Assembly (NCBI GenBank): GCA_003427395.1 | Contig: BFEA01000004.1 | Location: 697,874-761,873, forward strand | Reading direction: 5' to 3' | From: Chara braunii | Taxonomy: Eukaryota; Plantae; Charophyceae | DNA: 64,000 nucleotides | Shown here: positions 1-12,998 of the stretch, piece by piece | Layout of the letters: each line of letters begins with the position of its first letter | How positions within the stretch are numbered: the first letter of the stretch is position 1 | Notes under the pieces: generated by a model | Told to the model about the DNA's origin: nothing | Database searches by the model: none | Seen by the model: only the letters and a program-made list of their open reading frames with translations | Position numbers and translations under genes: made by a program

Positions 1-695
1 GCTCCTGTTGAAGCAGGTGATTTGAGTTTGCCTCTGGGGTATAGAGTTTTGTGGATGTGCGCTCTTTATTTATCATCAACCGCTATATGGTCAGGAGGAG
101 GATTACACTACTTTCTGACAACAAGATGATGGATATGGTGTGCATAAGAAAGGATCAGAAAACAAATTCACTGTGATATTGTTGGATAAAGAAAGATTGT
201 CTTTCGCAATTCTCCATCTACTGTTTCTTGTGTGAAGATCCACTTCTGAGATTCTTTATGGAGCAAAAGAACACAGAGGTGAGAGTGCTCTGCACTCATA
301 ATTTAACTTATTCGGCTTCGGGTACAAGCATGACCTGTATTGTCTGGGTCATCCTGTGTAGTTGAGTGGAAATCTGGGACAGTTTCCTGGAGTTAAGGTT
401 TTTCACAGTGGAAAAAATTGAAATAGTTATCCTACTTGCTATAAGTCCTGGTAGAGGATGATGTTTCAATGCAGTGTGTAGATTTTGGCATAAAACCCTG
501 GCGTTGTCGTGGGTCAGTACATACACCGTGAACGGTGAACGGCTCGTTCACCACCCCCCTATGCCGTTCATGCTAAAAATGGCTTAGTAGAAGACGCGCC
601 ATGATCATGCACGGTGAACGGTGAACGGTGATCGGTCAGTATATAGTATATACACACACCCTCATGATGACTATGTCAAGGTCGCAACTTTTCAG

Positions 696-767
<72 letters not shown>

Positions 768-1761
768 NNNNNNNNNNNNNNNNNNNNNNNNNNNNNNNNN
801 NNNNNNNNNNNNNNNNNNNNNNNNNNNNNNNNNNNNNNNNNNNNNNNNNNNNNNNNNNNNNNNNNNNNNNNNNNNNNNNNNNNNNNNNNNNNNNNNNNNN
901 NNNNNNNNNNNNNNNNNNNNNNNNNNNNNNNNNNNNNNNNNNNNNNNNNNNNNNNNNNNNNNNNNNNNNNNNNNNNNNNNNNNNNNNNNNNNNNNNNNNN
1001 NNNNNNNNNNNNNNNNNNNNNNNNNNNNNNNNNNNNNNNNNNNNNNNNNNNNNNNNNNNNNNNNNNNNNNNNNNNNNNNNNNNNNNNNNNNNNNNNNNNN
1101 NNNNNNNNNNNNNNNNNNNNNNNNNNNNNNNNNNNNNNNNNNNNNNNNNNNNNNNNNNNNNNNNNNNNNNNNNNNNNNNNNNNNNNNNNNNNNNNNNNNN
1201 NNNNNNNNNNNNNNNNNNNNNNNNNNNNNNNNNNNNNNNNNNNNNNNNNNNNNNNNNNNNNNNNNNNNNNNNNNNNNNNNNNNNNNNNNNNNNNNNNNNN
1301 NNNNNNNNNNNNNNNNNNNNNNNNNNNNNNNNNNNNNNNNNNNNNNNNNNNNNNNNNNNNNNNNNNNNNNNNNNNNNNNNNNNNNNNNNNNNNNNNNNNN
1401 NNNNNNNNNNNNNNNNNNNNNNNNNNNNNNNNNNNNNNNNNNNNNNNNNNNNNNNNNNNNNNNNNNNNNNNNNNNNNNNNNNNNNNNNNNNNNNNNNNNN
1501 NNNNNNNNNNNNNNNNNNNNNNNNNNNNNNNNNNNNNNNNNNNNNNNNNNNNNNNNNNNNNNNNNNNNNNNNNNNNNNNNNNNNNNNNNNNNNNNNNNNN
1601 NNNNNNNNNNNNNNNNNNNNNNNNNNNNNNNNNNNNNNNNNNNNNNNNNNNNNNNNNNNNNNNNNNNNNNNNNNNNNNNNNNNNNNNNNNNNNNNNNNNN
1701 NNNNNNNNNNNNNNNNNNNNNNNNNNNNNNNNNNNNNNNNNNNNNNNNNNNNNNNNNNNNN

Positions 1762-1819
<58 letters not shown>

Positions 1820-2373
1820 ATCAATCAATCAATCAATCAACCAATCAATCAATCAACCAATCAAACCTTTTTTCTTTTCAAGTTTTTTGTTTATTTATTT
1901 TTAAATTATATATCTTCATTTTTCTAAAAACACCTTATACCCCTGCAAAAAACAGAAATTCATTTCTAAAGCATACAGGTGAACTCAGGGACCATATATC
2001 TGATGATAAAAAATGACAAAAAAAAAATCCAACTTTTCTTTATACATATATTTTTATTTTTATTTTAAATCGAATTTAGTTTTTGATTTTTAAAAAATCC
2101 GAAACAAAGTCGGATTCCAAAAAAAAAAAAAAAGGGTTGTAGGGCTTAAAATTCCCTACAACCCCATATATATATATATATATATATGTATTGTCAAATA
2201 GAACTGCCCGGTAAACCGTAGGCAGAGAGGGATATATATATATATATATATTTTTTTAACTTATTATTTAATTCAGGAAAATTCTGGTAAAATCGGGTCG
2301 GCTGCGGATGCGGACCCGTCTGCATCCGCCATCCGAGATCGGACCCGCGGACGCGTCCGCGGGTGTTTCATAG
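1762..2373 (-). mobile_element. Third, diverged member of the CTATG-TIR family (other end probably in the gap)
   Basis: Minus-strand start CTATGAAACACCCGCGG, then hammerhead fragment, (TA)n, GGGGTTGTAGGG..CCCTACAACCC hairpin, AT-rich block, (TTGA)n and (GT)n, in the same order as the 15.2-kb copy. Confidence 0.62.
2190..2232 (-). mobile_element. 3'-terminal fragment of the hammerhead repeat
   Basis: Reverse complement CCCTCTCTGCCTACGGTTTACCGGGCAGTTCTATTTGACAAT, flanked on both sides by (TA)n. Confidence 0.72.
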
Positions 2374-3031
2374 GTCCTGTACAACAAACATAGAGTGCGA
2401 GGTGAATGCACGCACACCAGTGAAGTAGTAGCACGGGCACTGCGTTGTGTGCCCATGCGCCTGTTGCTCGCTCGTTGTGAACGGGTGCACGATGCATAGC
2501 GCAGGGCACCGCATGGCCCGCCACATGTATGTGTTAGACCCTTGGTGGTAATGAAGATGTTTCTATGGAGCGTGTTATGTTGTCTTTTCTCTATCCTCTT
2601 TGTGGAATACACCGTTATGAGGGACTTGTGATTCATAGCCATGAATGGTCAGAACGTTAGGGTCGGACAATCTATCGTTAAACTGTCATTTCTGGCATCA
2701 GTCAACCATAGTGCAATGCAACGACAAAAAAAAAAGAAAGAAAAGATTGGACTGTTTGTTGGAGACTTTTATTTTATGAGTAGGAGCCAAACCTCGTTGG
2801 ATCTATGGGTTTTGGGTTTAATTAATGTAACGGTAGTTTCTGCATTGCGAGACAACGGCGCCTGTGAGCGCCACAGAGTTCCAAATTCGCAGGAATAACA
2901 GTTGACTGCAATCTGAACGCAATGCAGTTTGAAACTGCAAAACAAACAGGTACCGGTAGCGGTACCGGTCCTGCCAGTTCAACAATTGGCAAAAATGGGA
3001 GGTACTGGTACCGGTACCGTACGTTTCCCCA

Positions 3032-3185
3032 GGGGTGTGGCCTAGGCATCTCGGCAGTGGCCCAGCCACTGGCGTGGCCTAGACATCTTAGCCATGGCCC
3101 AGCCAGAGGTGTGGCCTACACATCTCGGTCGTGGCCCAGCCACGGGTGTGGCCTAGACACCTCGGTCGTGGCCCAGCCACGGGCG
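3032..3185. repeat. ~37-bp tandem repeat x4
   Basis: GGGTGTGGCCTAGACATCTCGGTCGTGGCCCAGCCAC units. Confidence 0.85.
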
Positions 3186-4110
3186 TGCATTAAAAAAAAA
3201 AAAAAAAAAAAGTCGCAGACGGAAAAAAAAATTAAGTCGCAGATGTGGAAAAACAAACAAACACGAGTGGCCGCCTGATTTTGCCACTTCCGAACTTCCA
3301 ACGGCTAGAAGTGCACAAACTGTTCTGTTTTTGCAGTTTCTAACTGCCATCGGCCCAGACCTGCAGTGCCCTGCCATTCCCGTGAATTCGGAATTGTGCA
3401 CCAGTCACTTGCGCAGCTATGAGTAGGAGCCAAACCTCATTGGATCTGTGGGATTTGGGGTTAATTAATGCTATGGTAGTTTCTCAAGTTTCGTACTGGC
3501 AGATGTATGGTCAATGGTGATTGTACAACCATCTATCTATTGTCTGTTTGTAGGCAACTAAATATCTGTGGGCAGGGACTTGCCACAACAGAGAAACTGG
3601 GGGGATGGTCCCATTCATCCTGGGGGCATACTCATAACAGGGCTTCGCTGGATGTATATGACCACTTTTCGACCCAGCCTGAATGCACCTGACTGCAATG
3701 AAGTCCACAGGGAAATGAAAAAGTCGTAGTGTGAGTAAGCCCTGATTCTTTCTTTCTGGCCGCTGATCTTCATACTCTATAGCGGAATTGGGTTAAGGTA
3801 AATTGTCTGCCTTCCAAGTAGGGGGTATGGGTCCGATCACAGCAGCCCACGTGGAAGAGCAGTAGTGGCTACTATCCATATCTAACAAAGAGCATCAGGT
3901 GGGACCAACATATCCTCTCCCCAAATGCTTGGGGCATGAAGACGCAGACCCCACCGTGGTGATCGTCCGCCCATAAATGATGAAAAAGAAGGTAAAAGTA
4001 AAAGAAAAAAAGAAAAAACAGGGTGGCATGACCTATCTTTTTTCTTCTCCCTCCCTGTCTCGATCTCTCACAAAGGCGCTCTCAGTATGTAGCTCTGTGA
4101 TGGTATATAT

Positions 4111-4384
4111 CATAGTTGCGGCGCACCAGTGCGCAGTGCGGTGCGGGGGGGTGCGCACTGCGCTGTGCGCTGGAACGACAGCGCACGCACTGTGCGCCGT
4201 GCGCTGTGCGCAGTACGCAGTGCTGTCCGCTGTGCGCGGTGCGCGCGCTGAGGGAGTCGCACACTGTGCGCAAAAAAAANNNNNNNNNNNNNNNNNNNNN
4301 NNNNNNNNNNNNNNNNNNNNNNNNNNNNNNNNNNNNNNNNNNNNNNNNNNNNNNNNNNNNNNNNNNNNNNNNNNNNNNNNNNNN

Positions 4385-4443
<59 letters not shown>

Positions 4444-5394
4444 ACAAAGGGTCCCCTTCTCGTCAATTCGAGGCGCCCTGCAGGTACCTCGAATGGCTCC
4501 TACAATACATGTGGAGCCATTAAGGGCCAGCTTAAATGAGAAGGATGGCCTCATCACGAGTGGCAGAGATGTGGGCAGACCACCAATATATGCTGTGGAT
4601 TCGAGTTCAGGGCTGTAGCTCGGCAGTATGGGTCACCAATTCAGCTAGACCCTGTTCGTGTCTCCACGTGATTCTTAGGGCCTCCCTCCACCACTCACCA
4701 AATGTTTATAATATTTGTAGAATGAATCTTCTGCTGAAACATGGAACCACACACAGCCATATGCTATGTCTCTTGTGCATTTGGTGAGTAGTGGAGCAGG
4801 CCCCACTGGACGTATTCGTAAGAAAACAAAAACAAAAAAACGAGAGAGCCACGGGCATCTTCATCCTAACCCATAACTGTCGACATGCGGACCTGAACGC
4901 CAATCTTCAGCATATATTGGTGGTCGGCTGACACTGAATACCCAATTTGCGACTTCTGCGAAGCTTCGCGGGGCATGTCGTTATTAGGCGACTACCCCTT
5001 CTTGCGAACTGACCCCACTAATGTGTGGGGTTTGCAGAAGGCAGCCGGAAGGACAGGTCTCATACCCCGCCTAAAACAAAGTTGGAACGAGCCCTATTTT
5101 GTGCCTCGACATTCGAAACTTTTTGGGGAAGGGCCTGCGCAATTCCAATTTTCAGCAGCCCTTACCCAAAAGAAAAGATCGGGCCATGGGCGCGGCCGGT
5201 TTGTGAACTTGCGCTGTGAGTTTAACATTTTTGCCGAGTTGGGGGCCCTAAGAAATTAGAAGACCCCTACTTTTTTTTCTTTTTTTTTTGACCTAATTTT
5301 TCAAGTGCGCTGTGCTTCGGTGCGCTGTGCGGTGCGCGGCGCGACGTGCGCAAACCGTGCGCAAACCGGCGCCCCGACGTGCGCCGCAACTATG
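4111..5394. mobile_element. Non-autonomous TIR element with CATAG termini and 8-bp TSD (P-like or hAT-like)
   Basis: TIR CATAGTTGCGGCGCAC / GTGCGCCGCAACTATG; TSD GTATATAT at 4103-4110 and 5395-5402; GTGCGC-rich subterminal repeats; nested MITE inside. Confidence 0.82.
4678..4803. mobile_element. MITE family B copy nested in the CATAG element
   Basis: TTA|GGGCCTCCCTCCACCACTCACCA ... TGGTGAGTAGTGGAGCAGGCCC. Confidence 0.72.
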
Positions 5395-5826
5395 GTATAT
5401 ATATAACATATGACTGCACCGGTAATTTCTGCCCCACAAGACATAGACTGTAGCTTTACTGTTGCGATCGTACAAGTAGCAATGAGGGACCGCCAACTTG
5501 AACTACACAATGCTCAAGCAGGTGAGTCGTTTCATCCACCATCTCACATTTTTGCCTGCATTGTACACGGATCTGGCACTTACATGTCCATTGCACATGC
5601 CTCTGTCTACTGGGAGTTGCGGAACAACGACACCAGGGTCCATACCATGACTGATGTTGCCAATTTCTTACAGAACGATGCTGTTTTCTTGCCAGACTGA
5701 ACCGTTTGCACACTCTTTTATCTCGAAGATCATTTCTCGGCCCCTGTACCGCAAAAGGATAATGTATCAACACTCCGCGACCTTCCCCTTTGCACAGCTT
5801 TAGCTTACAGATAGGTGACTATATGT

Positions 5827-5938
5827 ATTGTTATAGAGAGCTGCTCGGTGAACCGTAGGCAGAGAGGGAGAAGAGGACTACAAAGGAGGGGATGTGACAG
5901 ACTTCTCCGTCAGAGTTCCACTGACTCATCAGGAGGCT
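5827..5938 (-). mobile_element. Hammerhead-repeat copy, 5'-truncated and diverged
   Basis: Reverse complement reads AGCCTCCTGATGAGTCAGTGGAACTCTGACGGAG...CTGCCTACGGTTCACCGAGCAG; the GAAA core is mutated; TA-rich flanks. Confidence 0.75.
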
Positions 5939-6553
5939 AGTATACAAGCTACTGATGGAGCCCCTGCGATGGGGGTGGAACAGTCCTCTGGGTGTAGCTG
6001 TTCATGCAAACGTCTTTGCACTACTGTATGCACATGTGTCTGCGGATCCAGTTGTTCACTCAACAAGAATGTAGAACATTTTTCTCTGTCCGTGTAAAAA
6101 AACACAAATAAGAGTTAACAAGTGATATGTTTGTACCCGTGAAAAACCGTTGTGTTCACCCTCCTGACGAGTGACTGGTGGTGAAAGTCCAATGAAAGTC
6201 TAGCATGATCATGGTTTTTGCTGGCTTTATTGAACGGTAACACACACAATGAAAAATAGCAGTGTTAATAGCACTGAGACTAATGTTTTGCCCCAAATAC
6301 AGGTATGATGACCGTGGGTTCAATTAGTTGGAAGACAGTAGTCATAACAGTTGGTATCTATGCCCATGCTTAGATCCGATGCAATTCTTTACCCCCTGAA
6401 CCCCCCGCCAATTGTCCATGAGCAGTTGGGCCGAACAGAGGGCACAGAAATATCGGGTGCCTGGTTTGGTGCAAAGGCAGATACCAGCAGCACCACAACT
6501 CTGGTCAGTATCAGGGCAAAACACACGCACACACACACACACACACACGCGCG

Positions 6554-6608
<55 letters not shown>

Positions 6609-7448
6609 NNNNNNNNNNNNNNNNNNNNNNNNNNNNNNNNNNNNNNNNNNNNNNNNNNNNNNNNNNNNNNNNNNNNNNNNNNNNNNNNNNNNNNNNNNNN
6701 NNNNNNNNNNNNNNNNNNNNNNNNNNNNNNNNNNNNNNNNNNNNNNNNNNNNNNNNNNNNNNNNNNNNNNNNNNNNNNNNNNNNNNNNNNNNNNNNNNNN
6801 NNNNNNNNNNNNNNNNNNNNNNNNNNNNNNNNNNNNNNNNNNNNNNNNNNNNNNNNNNNNNNNNNNNNNNNNNNNNNNNNNNNNNNNNNNNNNNNNNNNN
6901 NNNNNNNNNNNNNNNNNNNNNNNNNNNNNNNNNNNNNNNNNNNNNNNNNNNNNNNNNNNNNNNNNNNNNNNNNNNNNNNNNNNNNNNNNNNNNNNNNNNN
7001 NNNNNNNNNNNNNNNNNNNNNNNNNNNNNNNNNNNNNNNNNNNNNNNNNNNNNNNNNNNNNNNNNNNNNNNNNNNNNNNNNNNNNNNNNNNNNNNNNNNN
7101 NNNNNNNNNNNNNNNNNNNNNNNNNNNNNNNNNNNNNNNNNNNNNNNNNNNNNNNNNNNNNNNNNNNNNNNNNNNNNNNNNNNNNNNNNNNNNNNNNNNN
7201 NNNNNNNNNNNNNNNNNNNNNNNNNNNNNNNNNNNNNNNNNNNNNNNNNNNNNNNNNNNNNNNNNNNNNNNNNNNNNNNNNNNNNNNNNNNNNNNNNNNN
7301 NNNNNNNNNNNNNNNNNNNNNNNNNNNNNNNNNNNNNNNNNNNNNNNNNNNNNNNNNNNNNNNNNNNNNNNNNNNNNNNNNNNNNNNNNNNNNNNNNNNN
7401 NNNNNNNNNNNNNNNNNNNNNNNNNNNNNNNNNNNNNNNNNNNNNNNN

Positions 7449-7624
7449 GTTTACCGGGCAGTTCTATTTGACGATATATATATATATATATTTTCAGCCT
7501 CCTGATGAGTCGGTGAAACTCCAACGAAACAGTTTGTCACAGCCCCTCGTTTGTTGTCCTCTTCTCTCTCTCTGCCCACGGTTTACCGGGCAGTTCTATT
7601 TGTGACGATATATATCGTCAAATA

Positions 7625-7627
<3 letters not shown>
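7449..7627 (+). mobile_element. Hammerhead-repeat cluster: 3' fragment, (TA)n, 5'-truncated copy (7493-7608), inverted 3' tip
   Basis: TTCAGCCTCCTGATGAGTCGGTGAAACTCCAACGAAACAGTTTG...GGTTTACCGGGCAGTTCTATTTGTGACGATATA; lacks the 5' arms of stems I and III; flanked by (TA)n. Confidence 0.8.
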
Positions 7628-7677
<50 letters not shown>

Positions 7678-9189
7678 TGTGTGTGTGAGAGACACAATTC
7701 CAAAATTGTTTTTCTTGTGTGATTGAAGTTATATGTGAGTGTGTTTCGAGTTCTTTCGTTCATGAACTTGTTACTGATTTGATGATTTGTCACTGTCAAG
7801 ATTACTTATCACTTGTTTGGTTGAGTATTATGTCAGAGCCACTGGAAGTGTAGAAAGTTCAGCTTCTATGCTGATTTCCGAGCAGATGGGGAACTTCTCA
7901 GCAACCATGAAATTCTTAAACTTCAATACAAGTTGTGCCGAAATCTGTTTGTATCATATTCTGCGTTTGTATAGGCTAGCATACTTGCCCAACCAGAATC
8001 TTTGTCAATGCTATGGACCGAACCGCCCTGGGTATTGGAGTGTTTTTTCTTAAACTGACGGTGAGATATCTCTGTGCCTAGAGATATGCCTAAATCCGGC
8101 CAGACCTTTTATTTTGGCAATGTCTCACTTGAGCGGAGGTGAAGGTAGATGGGGGTTGAGGGGGTTGAAGAGTCAAAGGGTGTGAGATGAAGTCATTTTT
8201 TGTTTTGCTTTTTATGTCATATTTAATAATAAATATTCAGCATGACTTCTGGCCAAAAGTTGTCTACAACATTAAGGGCACAAAAGTGGATGAGTTTTTT
8301 TTTTTTGGGGGGGGCACCTATTTTCGGAGAGGTTCGCCAGACCATTCAGACCAAGCATTGTGCAGATGGCCCGGCTGATAGCCTAGGCATCGCTTGTTTT
8401 GTTTGATGGTATCTATGAAATTGGTGGGTGTATTGTTTCAGTGATTAAGGTTCTTTGTTGGGTGTCACTAGCAAATACTGCTCAGGCTTGTTGTCATAGT
8501 ACCGAGTAGAAAACCCACCATTGTGGTGCCCTCTGGTATTACAGTGAGGATCAATACTACGAGTAGGGTTACTTGCCAAGTTGGTACCCATGCCAATACT
8601 AGTACGAGTCCAACCGCGTCGGGTATCTGTGTGGGTCATCCTGGTCTTTTCTTTTCCTAGCGGTCGGCTATTTGATCCCCTAGAGATGTGCCCAAATCTA
8701 ACCTCAATGTCTTACTTGTGAGGATTTGAGGGGTGTAGATGGGGTTTGCAGGGGTTGAAAATGACTCAGTGTGAGATGATTTTATTTTATTTTTCCTTCT
8801 TTTTTTTCAGTGATTTTCAGCATGATTCAAGTTGTTAGTCAGAATATATGAAAGCACTTGAGTTGCAAGGGATGAAAATGGTTAAGTTTTTTTTTTTTTT
8901 TTTTTCCCTTGATTGTTTTCAACCTTATCAAACCCTTGTCCAAGTAGGCCATTTAGTGGGTGCCACTAGAAAAAAATATTTTTTGTCACGGTACCGAGGT
9001 GGACACTCACTGTTGAGATGCCATTGAGTAGGGTGCAACGAGGATCTGAGTGATACAAGGCAAAGTAGATCTCTAGCATTCATGTGAACCAGATGAACAA
9101 CTTAACCCTTGTGAAACTTACTAAAAAAATATTTAAAAAATCATGCATAGTTTTTTTTTCAACATAAAAAAATCAGTTCATTTTTTCTG

Positions 9190-9710
9190 GAAAAATGAAC
9201 TTTCAGTTTAATTTCAAGCAAACTAAACGAATTCACTTTATCTTTTCCTTAAAGACAAACTTTCAGTTAAATTTCCCGTTCAGATATGACATTTCAGTTT
9301 ACCTTTCCGATATGACATTTCAGTTTACCTTTCAGATATGACATTTCAGTTTACCTTTCCGTTCATAAATTGCATTTCAGTTGAACTTTCCAGCAATAAA
9401 TCACATTTCCGTTTAAGTATCTGCCCAGAGGGAACATTTCAGTTTAATATCAGTTATATTTTCCAGTCATCTTAAACTGAAACAAAAATATTTCAGTTTT
9501 ATTTCATGCAAGACATATTATTTCAGTTTGTATTAAACTGAAATGTTATGTTGGAATTTTCAAGATTGTTCCCGAACTTTCAGACAAACAATACTTTTCA
9601 GTTTATATAGAAAAATGATCTCTATAAACTGAAAATCTCTTGATAAACTGAAAGTTTTTCAAAGTAGCATGAAAATATTTGAGTTAGCCTTTCCTTCAAC
9701 TGAACTTTTA
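9190..9710. repeat. AT-rich array of TTTCAGTTT/AAACTGAAA motifs
   Basis: Many direct copies followed by inverted copies, suggestive of transposon subterminal repeats. Confidence 0.6.
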
Positions 9711-10581
9711 TGTCTTGAATTTTTCTGTTGCAGCCGCCCGACACCGTGCTACACAGCTGCATAACATAGCTTTTTTTTTTTTCTTTTTTTTTTGACTTCT
9801 TTTTTCTTCTTTGGCTGGGACCTCCAAGTTTTGCACGGCCAGGCCGGACGGGCAAATAGGGTGACCCGGGACTGGATGGTAGCCTAGATAGAATACCATT
9901 TTTTCTGCAATGTCCTGGTGCGGTTCTGATGCGGAGACTCTGGGACTGCACTTGGAGGCACCTCACTGGTTTGCACTCAGCTGGCCCTGGGATTGGCCGG
10001 TCCCCTAAAACTACACCATGTTCTTCTCGCAAACTCTTTTTGCCTTTCACTACCTTCCTACCACTACTCCTAAGAATATATACAGGGGACCCCTGCAAGC
10101 ATAGGGCCTCGCAAACGGGGTAAATCATGTCGCCCCCCGCCCCAACAGCGGTAGTCAGAGATCGGGTGACTGTGATACTAGTCCTCCGGATACCCCAATC
10201 GGTATTAGCAGGGTCTATGAGGACCAAGACGGGTGTGAGTGCGAGCGTGAGTGGGTTGTGCGTGCTGTGTGGGAGAGTGTTGGCCAGAGCCTCTGCTGCT
10301 ACTCCGAGTCAATCAGGGGTGGGCGACGATGAGAGAGCGCAGCTACTGGCAAAATTGCTCGGTCATTGCTTAGGTTTTTGGAATATGCCGGATCCGATGA
10401 CTGATTTTCAACAAAAAAAAAAAAAATCCAACCAGCCGAAAAGCGATGTTGTGGCACAAAAGATGCATAGCGGGTATAGAAAATGCGAGAATGGAAGGAA
10501 AGGAAGTAATGGACACGCTAAACATTTTTTCCAAACGGAAACACAGTGCTCGACGAGTCAATACCACAACTACACTCTTAA

Positions 10582-10794
10582 ACCACCAGTACTTGGCCCA
10601 TACATCAGCCGCGGTGCTGCCGCATTAAGTTTGGCGTTAACACGCCGTGCCTTTAGGACTTCGGGGTACAGGACCACAATGGATGGAGGTGCCAGCCAAA
10701 ATGAAAACCAAACGTCCGCGCTGGCGGTTGGTCAAAACTTGGTGCGCCTTTGCTCTGAGGCTCGGCATCGATAGCTGGGCCAAGTAGTGTTGGT
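10582..10794. mobile_element. TIR family C, TTAA TSD (piggyBac/Kolobok-like)
   Basis: TTAA|ACCACCAGTACTTGGCCCA ... TGGGCCAAGTAGTGTTGGT|TTAA. Confidence 0.75.
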
Positions 10795-12099
10795 TTAACC
10801 ATGCATCAGAAATGAGATATAAAAAGAAAAAAAAAAGTTTGTAAATTATCGATGGACTAGGCTGGAGATGCAATTGGGGCAAGGCTGGGAAAGGTGGTAC
10901 TTTGTCCAGGAGGACGAGGTGATGAGACACCCCTCAAAAAGGGTTTTCATCTTGTTTCTCATGAATGGTTGGAATCGCCGCCACCTGATGCTCGCCTCCA
11001 GCCTCCGGCGGTCTTTGCAGATTTCTTCCCCATGTTCAGAATTGGCTGGTTTAAATGGAATGGTTTGGGTTTGATGGTTAACTTGAAGAAGGCAAGGGGG
11101 TTGAGTTTGTGAAGGAAGACAGGGGGAGACATCCAGACACAATCCTTAGAGGAGGGTTTTGGCCAGCTAGTGTCACTGCTGGCTCTGGCGGCCATTATTG
11201 GGCTGAAGAGCAGCACAACAACCTGAGCAATTTGGACATCTCAGATGTATATGGGACTCTGGACCCGATTTCCAGCAGGTGCCACTCCCTACCAATGATA
11301 GACTGAAGTCCAAAACCAAACTGCTAGGTGCTGGGGGCTCATATCACCACTCCTAGATAGGCATCTGCCTTTGAGGGTTCTTAGGTAAGGGGGAGAGGTT
11401 ACCATTGTTGAGTTTCTCCCGACTGATGCTGGTCCGGAAGCGGTAAGTATTCAACCTCCTTTTTTTTTTTTTTTTTTTTTTTTGGTATTCAACCTCCTGA
11501 TTGGGAGACCTTGTTTTTTTTCTGTTTTTTTGTTTAACCACTTGCTCCAATATATTCGTCGGAACGACATGTGCCGCGAAACGGGCCCAGCATCCCAAAA
11601 CGATCAACCGAAGGTCATCCATTAGTTGACCCTCCCATTCGTTGTGATCCTCGAGTGTGCCATACGGTCCTTGGCCCATCCCTGCAGCCGGAGACTCCCA
11701 TCGGTACCCAGTCGCCGCAGTATGCCGGATTCCCGAAAGACCACCCCCCGCCCTTAGCCTCGGAAGGCTTTCATGACCGGCCAGTGTAGACCGGGCGGTC
11801 ACCGGGGCATGAGGCCTGGGGGTTTCTGACACTCAGGACACCCGGGCAGGGGAAAAGCAATAGAAAAAGAAGAAAAGAATCATGCAGGGGGGGGGCTCCA
11901 CCCTCCGCAAGAGGGCGAGAGGAACCCAAATCTTGGGTAACCAGGCACCCGCGGAAATGGCCTTGCCCTTTACTCCTTTTTGCCTTATCAGCTGCTTTCC
12001 CCCCCCCTTTTTTTGTCGATTGCGAGACTTTCTGCTCTCTTCAGGACCAGACACCTAGGGTCGATGTATGGGACGCTGTACCCGATTTCCAGCACTTAA

Positions 12100-12297
12100 A
12101 CCACCAGTACTTGGCCCAGATATCGGCCGCGACGCTTTCCCGTTAATGCGCCGCGCCTTTAGGGCTTCGGTGTACCGGACCACGATGCCTGGAAGCGCCA
12201 GCCAAAAGAAAACTGAAAGTACCACGGCGCTTCGGCAAAAATTGGTGCGCAGCCCGTTTTCACGGTCGGCATCGATAGCTGGGCCAAGTACTGATCT
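12100..12297. mobile_element. TIR family C copy
   Basis: TTAA|ACCACCAGTACTTGGCCCAG ... CGATAGCTGGGCCAAGTACTG; right end decayed. Confidence 0.68.
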
Positions 12298-12728
12298 TTC
12301 AACACTGCCCACCAATAGAGTGGAGTCCCAAACCAAGGTGTTAGACTTGGCCGCTTGTATCACGACTCCTACCACCCTTCCAAAGGAAATTTCCAAAAAG
12401 AAGTTTTCAAAAAGAAAAAAAAAAAACAAGAACAAAAACTTGCAGAAAGGTCATTGCCCCCTAGCAAGCATACTGGGAAGTCATTGCTGCTTTGAAGCCG
12501 GTAGTGTTGTCATAGTAAACATATCCACAGGCCAGTGAGCTGGGGCAACGGAGCAAGCACTGGGATATCACATGACAAGGGATGTCCAAGCCTCAGTCTT
12601 AACAAACACAAAAGTCTTGATTGCGTCGTATGGCCCATCGTGATCGGAGGAAGAGACACGACCCATCTTTCCTCCGCAGTGTCTTTCCGCTCGATATCAT
12701 ATAAAGCAGAAGGGGGTGGAGATGTCTT

Positions 12729-12998
12729 CTATAATAGAATGTCATCGATGGATCGATATGTGAATGCGTAAGCTTTGCGATGCACGCAGATGTCGCTGAC
12801 GCAGTTCGCCAATGAACTGTGCTCCATCCGAATACAGTGCGAGATTGGTCCGGCATTAGTGCCCATCAGGATACCACCCACCTGATGGCACAGAGTGCAA
12901 TTCTTTGTAGAGAGGCAAGGACTAGAGACCACAAACTGCGGATGCCATTCTATTTCCAACACCGAAAGGGTGTCCGAGCCTTGTGAAGCAACCCACAC
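12729..12998 (-). pseudogene. Degenerate Penelope-like reverse transcriptase fragment
   Basis: QVGGILMGTNAGP (cf. QxxGIPMGTNxAP) and FTYRSIDDIL (cf. RYIDD) in one frame. Confidence 0.7.

Noticed and set aside
621-2016. Long ORFs spanning N-gaps (also at 4.0-4.6, 6.3-7.6, 23.1-23.6 and 51.9-53.0 kb)
   Set aside because: Artefacts of N-runs and (GT)n/(GA)n microsatellites.
5905-5930. Apparent compensatory change in hammerhead stem II (GTCAG/CTGAC)
   Set aside because: Both changes are CpG transitions, so they are not independent evidence of selection.
10100-10219. CATAG...CTATG-bounded 120-bp segment as another P-like MITE
   Set aside because: The TIR is imperfect and there is no matching TSD.
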